Source: an uncultured Verrucomicrobiae bacterium (GTDB lineage Bacteria; Verrucomicrobiota; Verrucomicrobiia; Chthoniobacterales; Chthoniobacteraceae). From it: a stretch of DNA of 64,000 bases. Made by a program: the position numbers and the translations under genes. The notes under the pieces are model-generated. The model did not search any database. It saw only the letters and a program-made list of their open reading frames with translations, and was not told where the DNA came from. Position 1 is the first letter of the stretch. Each line of letters opens with the position of its first letter. This document shows, in pieces, positions 63,448 to 64,000 of the stretch. The stretch covers positions 1 to 64,000 of the forward strand of contig CAWHEP010000001.1 in NCBI GenBank assembly GCA_963828525.1, given 5' to 3'.

Positions 63448-64000
63448 CTATGTCTGAGGTATGGCCGCGAGGATTGCGCGGGTGATGTCGTCGGAAGTGA
63501 CGCCCTCGCTCTGGGCAACAAAATTTAGAATAAGGCGGTGCCGGAGGATGGGCAGGGCTACCGCTGCGACATCAGCGCAACTGACATACACCTTCCCGCG
63601 CAACACGGCGCGAGCTTTCGCGGCCATGATGAGGTTCAGGCTCGCGCGCGGCCCGGCGCCCCACGTAAGAAATTTCTTGCAGAAATCCAGAGCCTGCGGG
63701 GTCTTGCCACGAGTGGCGCCGACAAGCTTCTGGGCGTAGGAATAAACATGATCGGCGACCGGCATGCGCTTTACCGTCTGCTGCATGTAGAGCACGTAGT
63801 CGCCGCCCAGGACGGGCTGGGGGACTTCTCCGCCGGCATTCGTGGCCTTTTTCATGATGAGAAGCTCCTCATCCGGCGAGGGATAATCGACGAAGATCAT
63901 AAACATGAAGCGGTCGAGTTGCGCCTCTGGAAGAGGGTAGGTTCCTTCCTGCTCGACAGGATTCTGCGTGGCCAGAACGAAGAAGGGATCAGGCAGGGTG
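63448..64000 (-). CDS. moxR: MoxR-family AAA+ ATPase (3' part; starts beyond the right edge)
   Basis: [34 protein letters not shown] and LRHR. Confidence 0.93.
   Translation of the reverse strand, partial: TLPDPFFVLATQNPVEQEGTYPLPEAQLDRFMFMIFVDYPSPDEELLIMKKATNAGGEVPQPVLGGDYVLYMQQTVKRMPVADHVYSYAQKLVGATRGKTPQALDFCKKFLTWGAGPRASLNLIMAAKARAVLRGKVYVSCADVAAVALPILRHRLILNFVAQSEGVTSDDITRAILAAIPQT

Noticed and set aside
54134..64000. MoxR-DUF58-BatA-VWA-coiled-coil cluster
   Set aside because: A common cluster in PVC bacteria. The Ala-rich quasi-repeats in 54134-56383 are protein-level coiled-coil, not DNA repeats.

Overview
GC-rich bacterial DNA, most likely Verrucomicrobia/PVC (inferred from the PV-type microcompartment, the MoxR-DUF58-BatA cluster and the integrase style). 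The left ~20 kb is an accessory island anchored at the 3' end of tRNA-Thr(TGT) (20236-20308, minus strand). Reading leftwards from the tRNA it carries a tyrosine integrase and an excisionase-like HTH gene. Next is a ~5.4 kb cargo (HEPN-motif gene plus a ~1,300-aa TPR-CHAT protease gene) bracketed by two diverged, highly structured ~390-bp direct repeats. Then come a traK/traL/traM-like operon, a candidate oriT and a MOB-F (TrwC-type) relaxase-helicase. Last is a type V-B-like CRISPR-Cas operon: a 169-aa Cas12b N-terminal module, directly followed by a second, divergent ~1,600-aa Cas12b-like effector with intact RuvC D-E-D, then cas4(-cas1) running off the left edge. No CRISPR array or second att site is visible in the window. 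The right ~44 kb is ordinary chromosome: manA, MFS transporters, murJ, rnr, a DeoR regulator, frr-pyrH, a FIST protein with a hybrid kinase, a SNF2 helicase, a complete PV-type bacterial microcompartment operon and a MoxR/DUF58/VWA cluster. A palindromic operator is shared between the deoR gene and the distant microcompartment operon. Many genes are split by single-base indels, densest in the cargo; I cannot tell sequencing error from decay. Family assignments come from motif recognition and recall, not from database searches.
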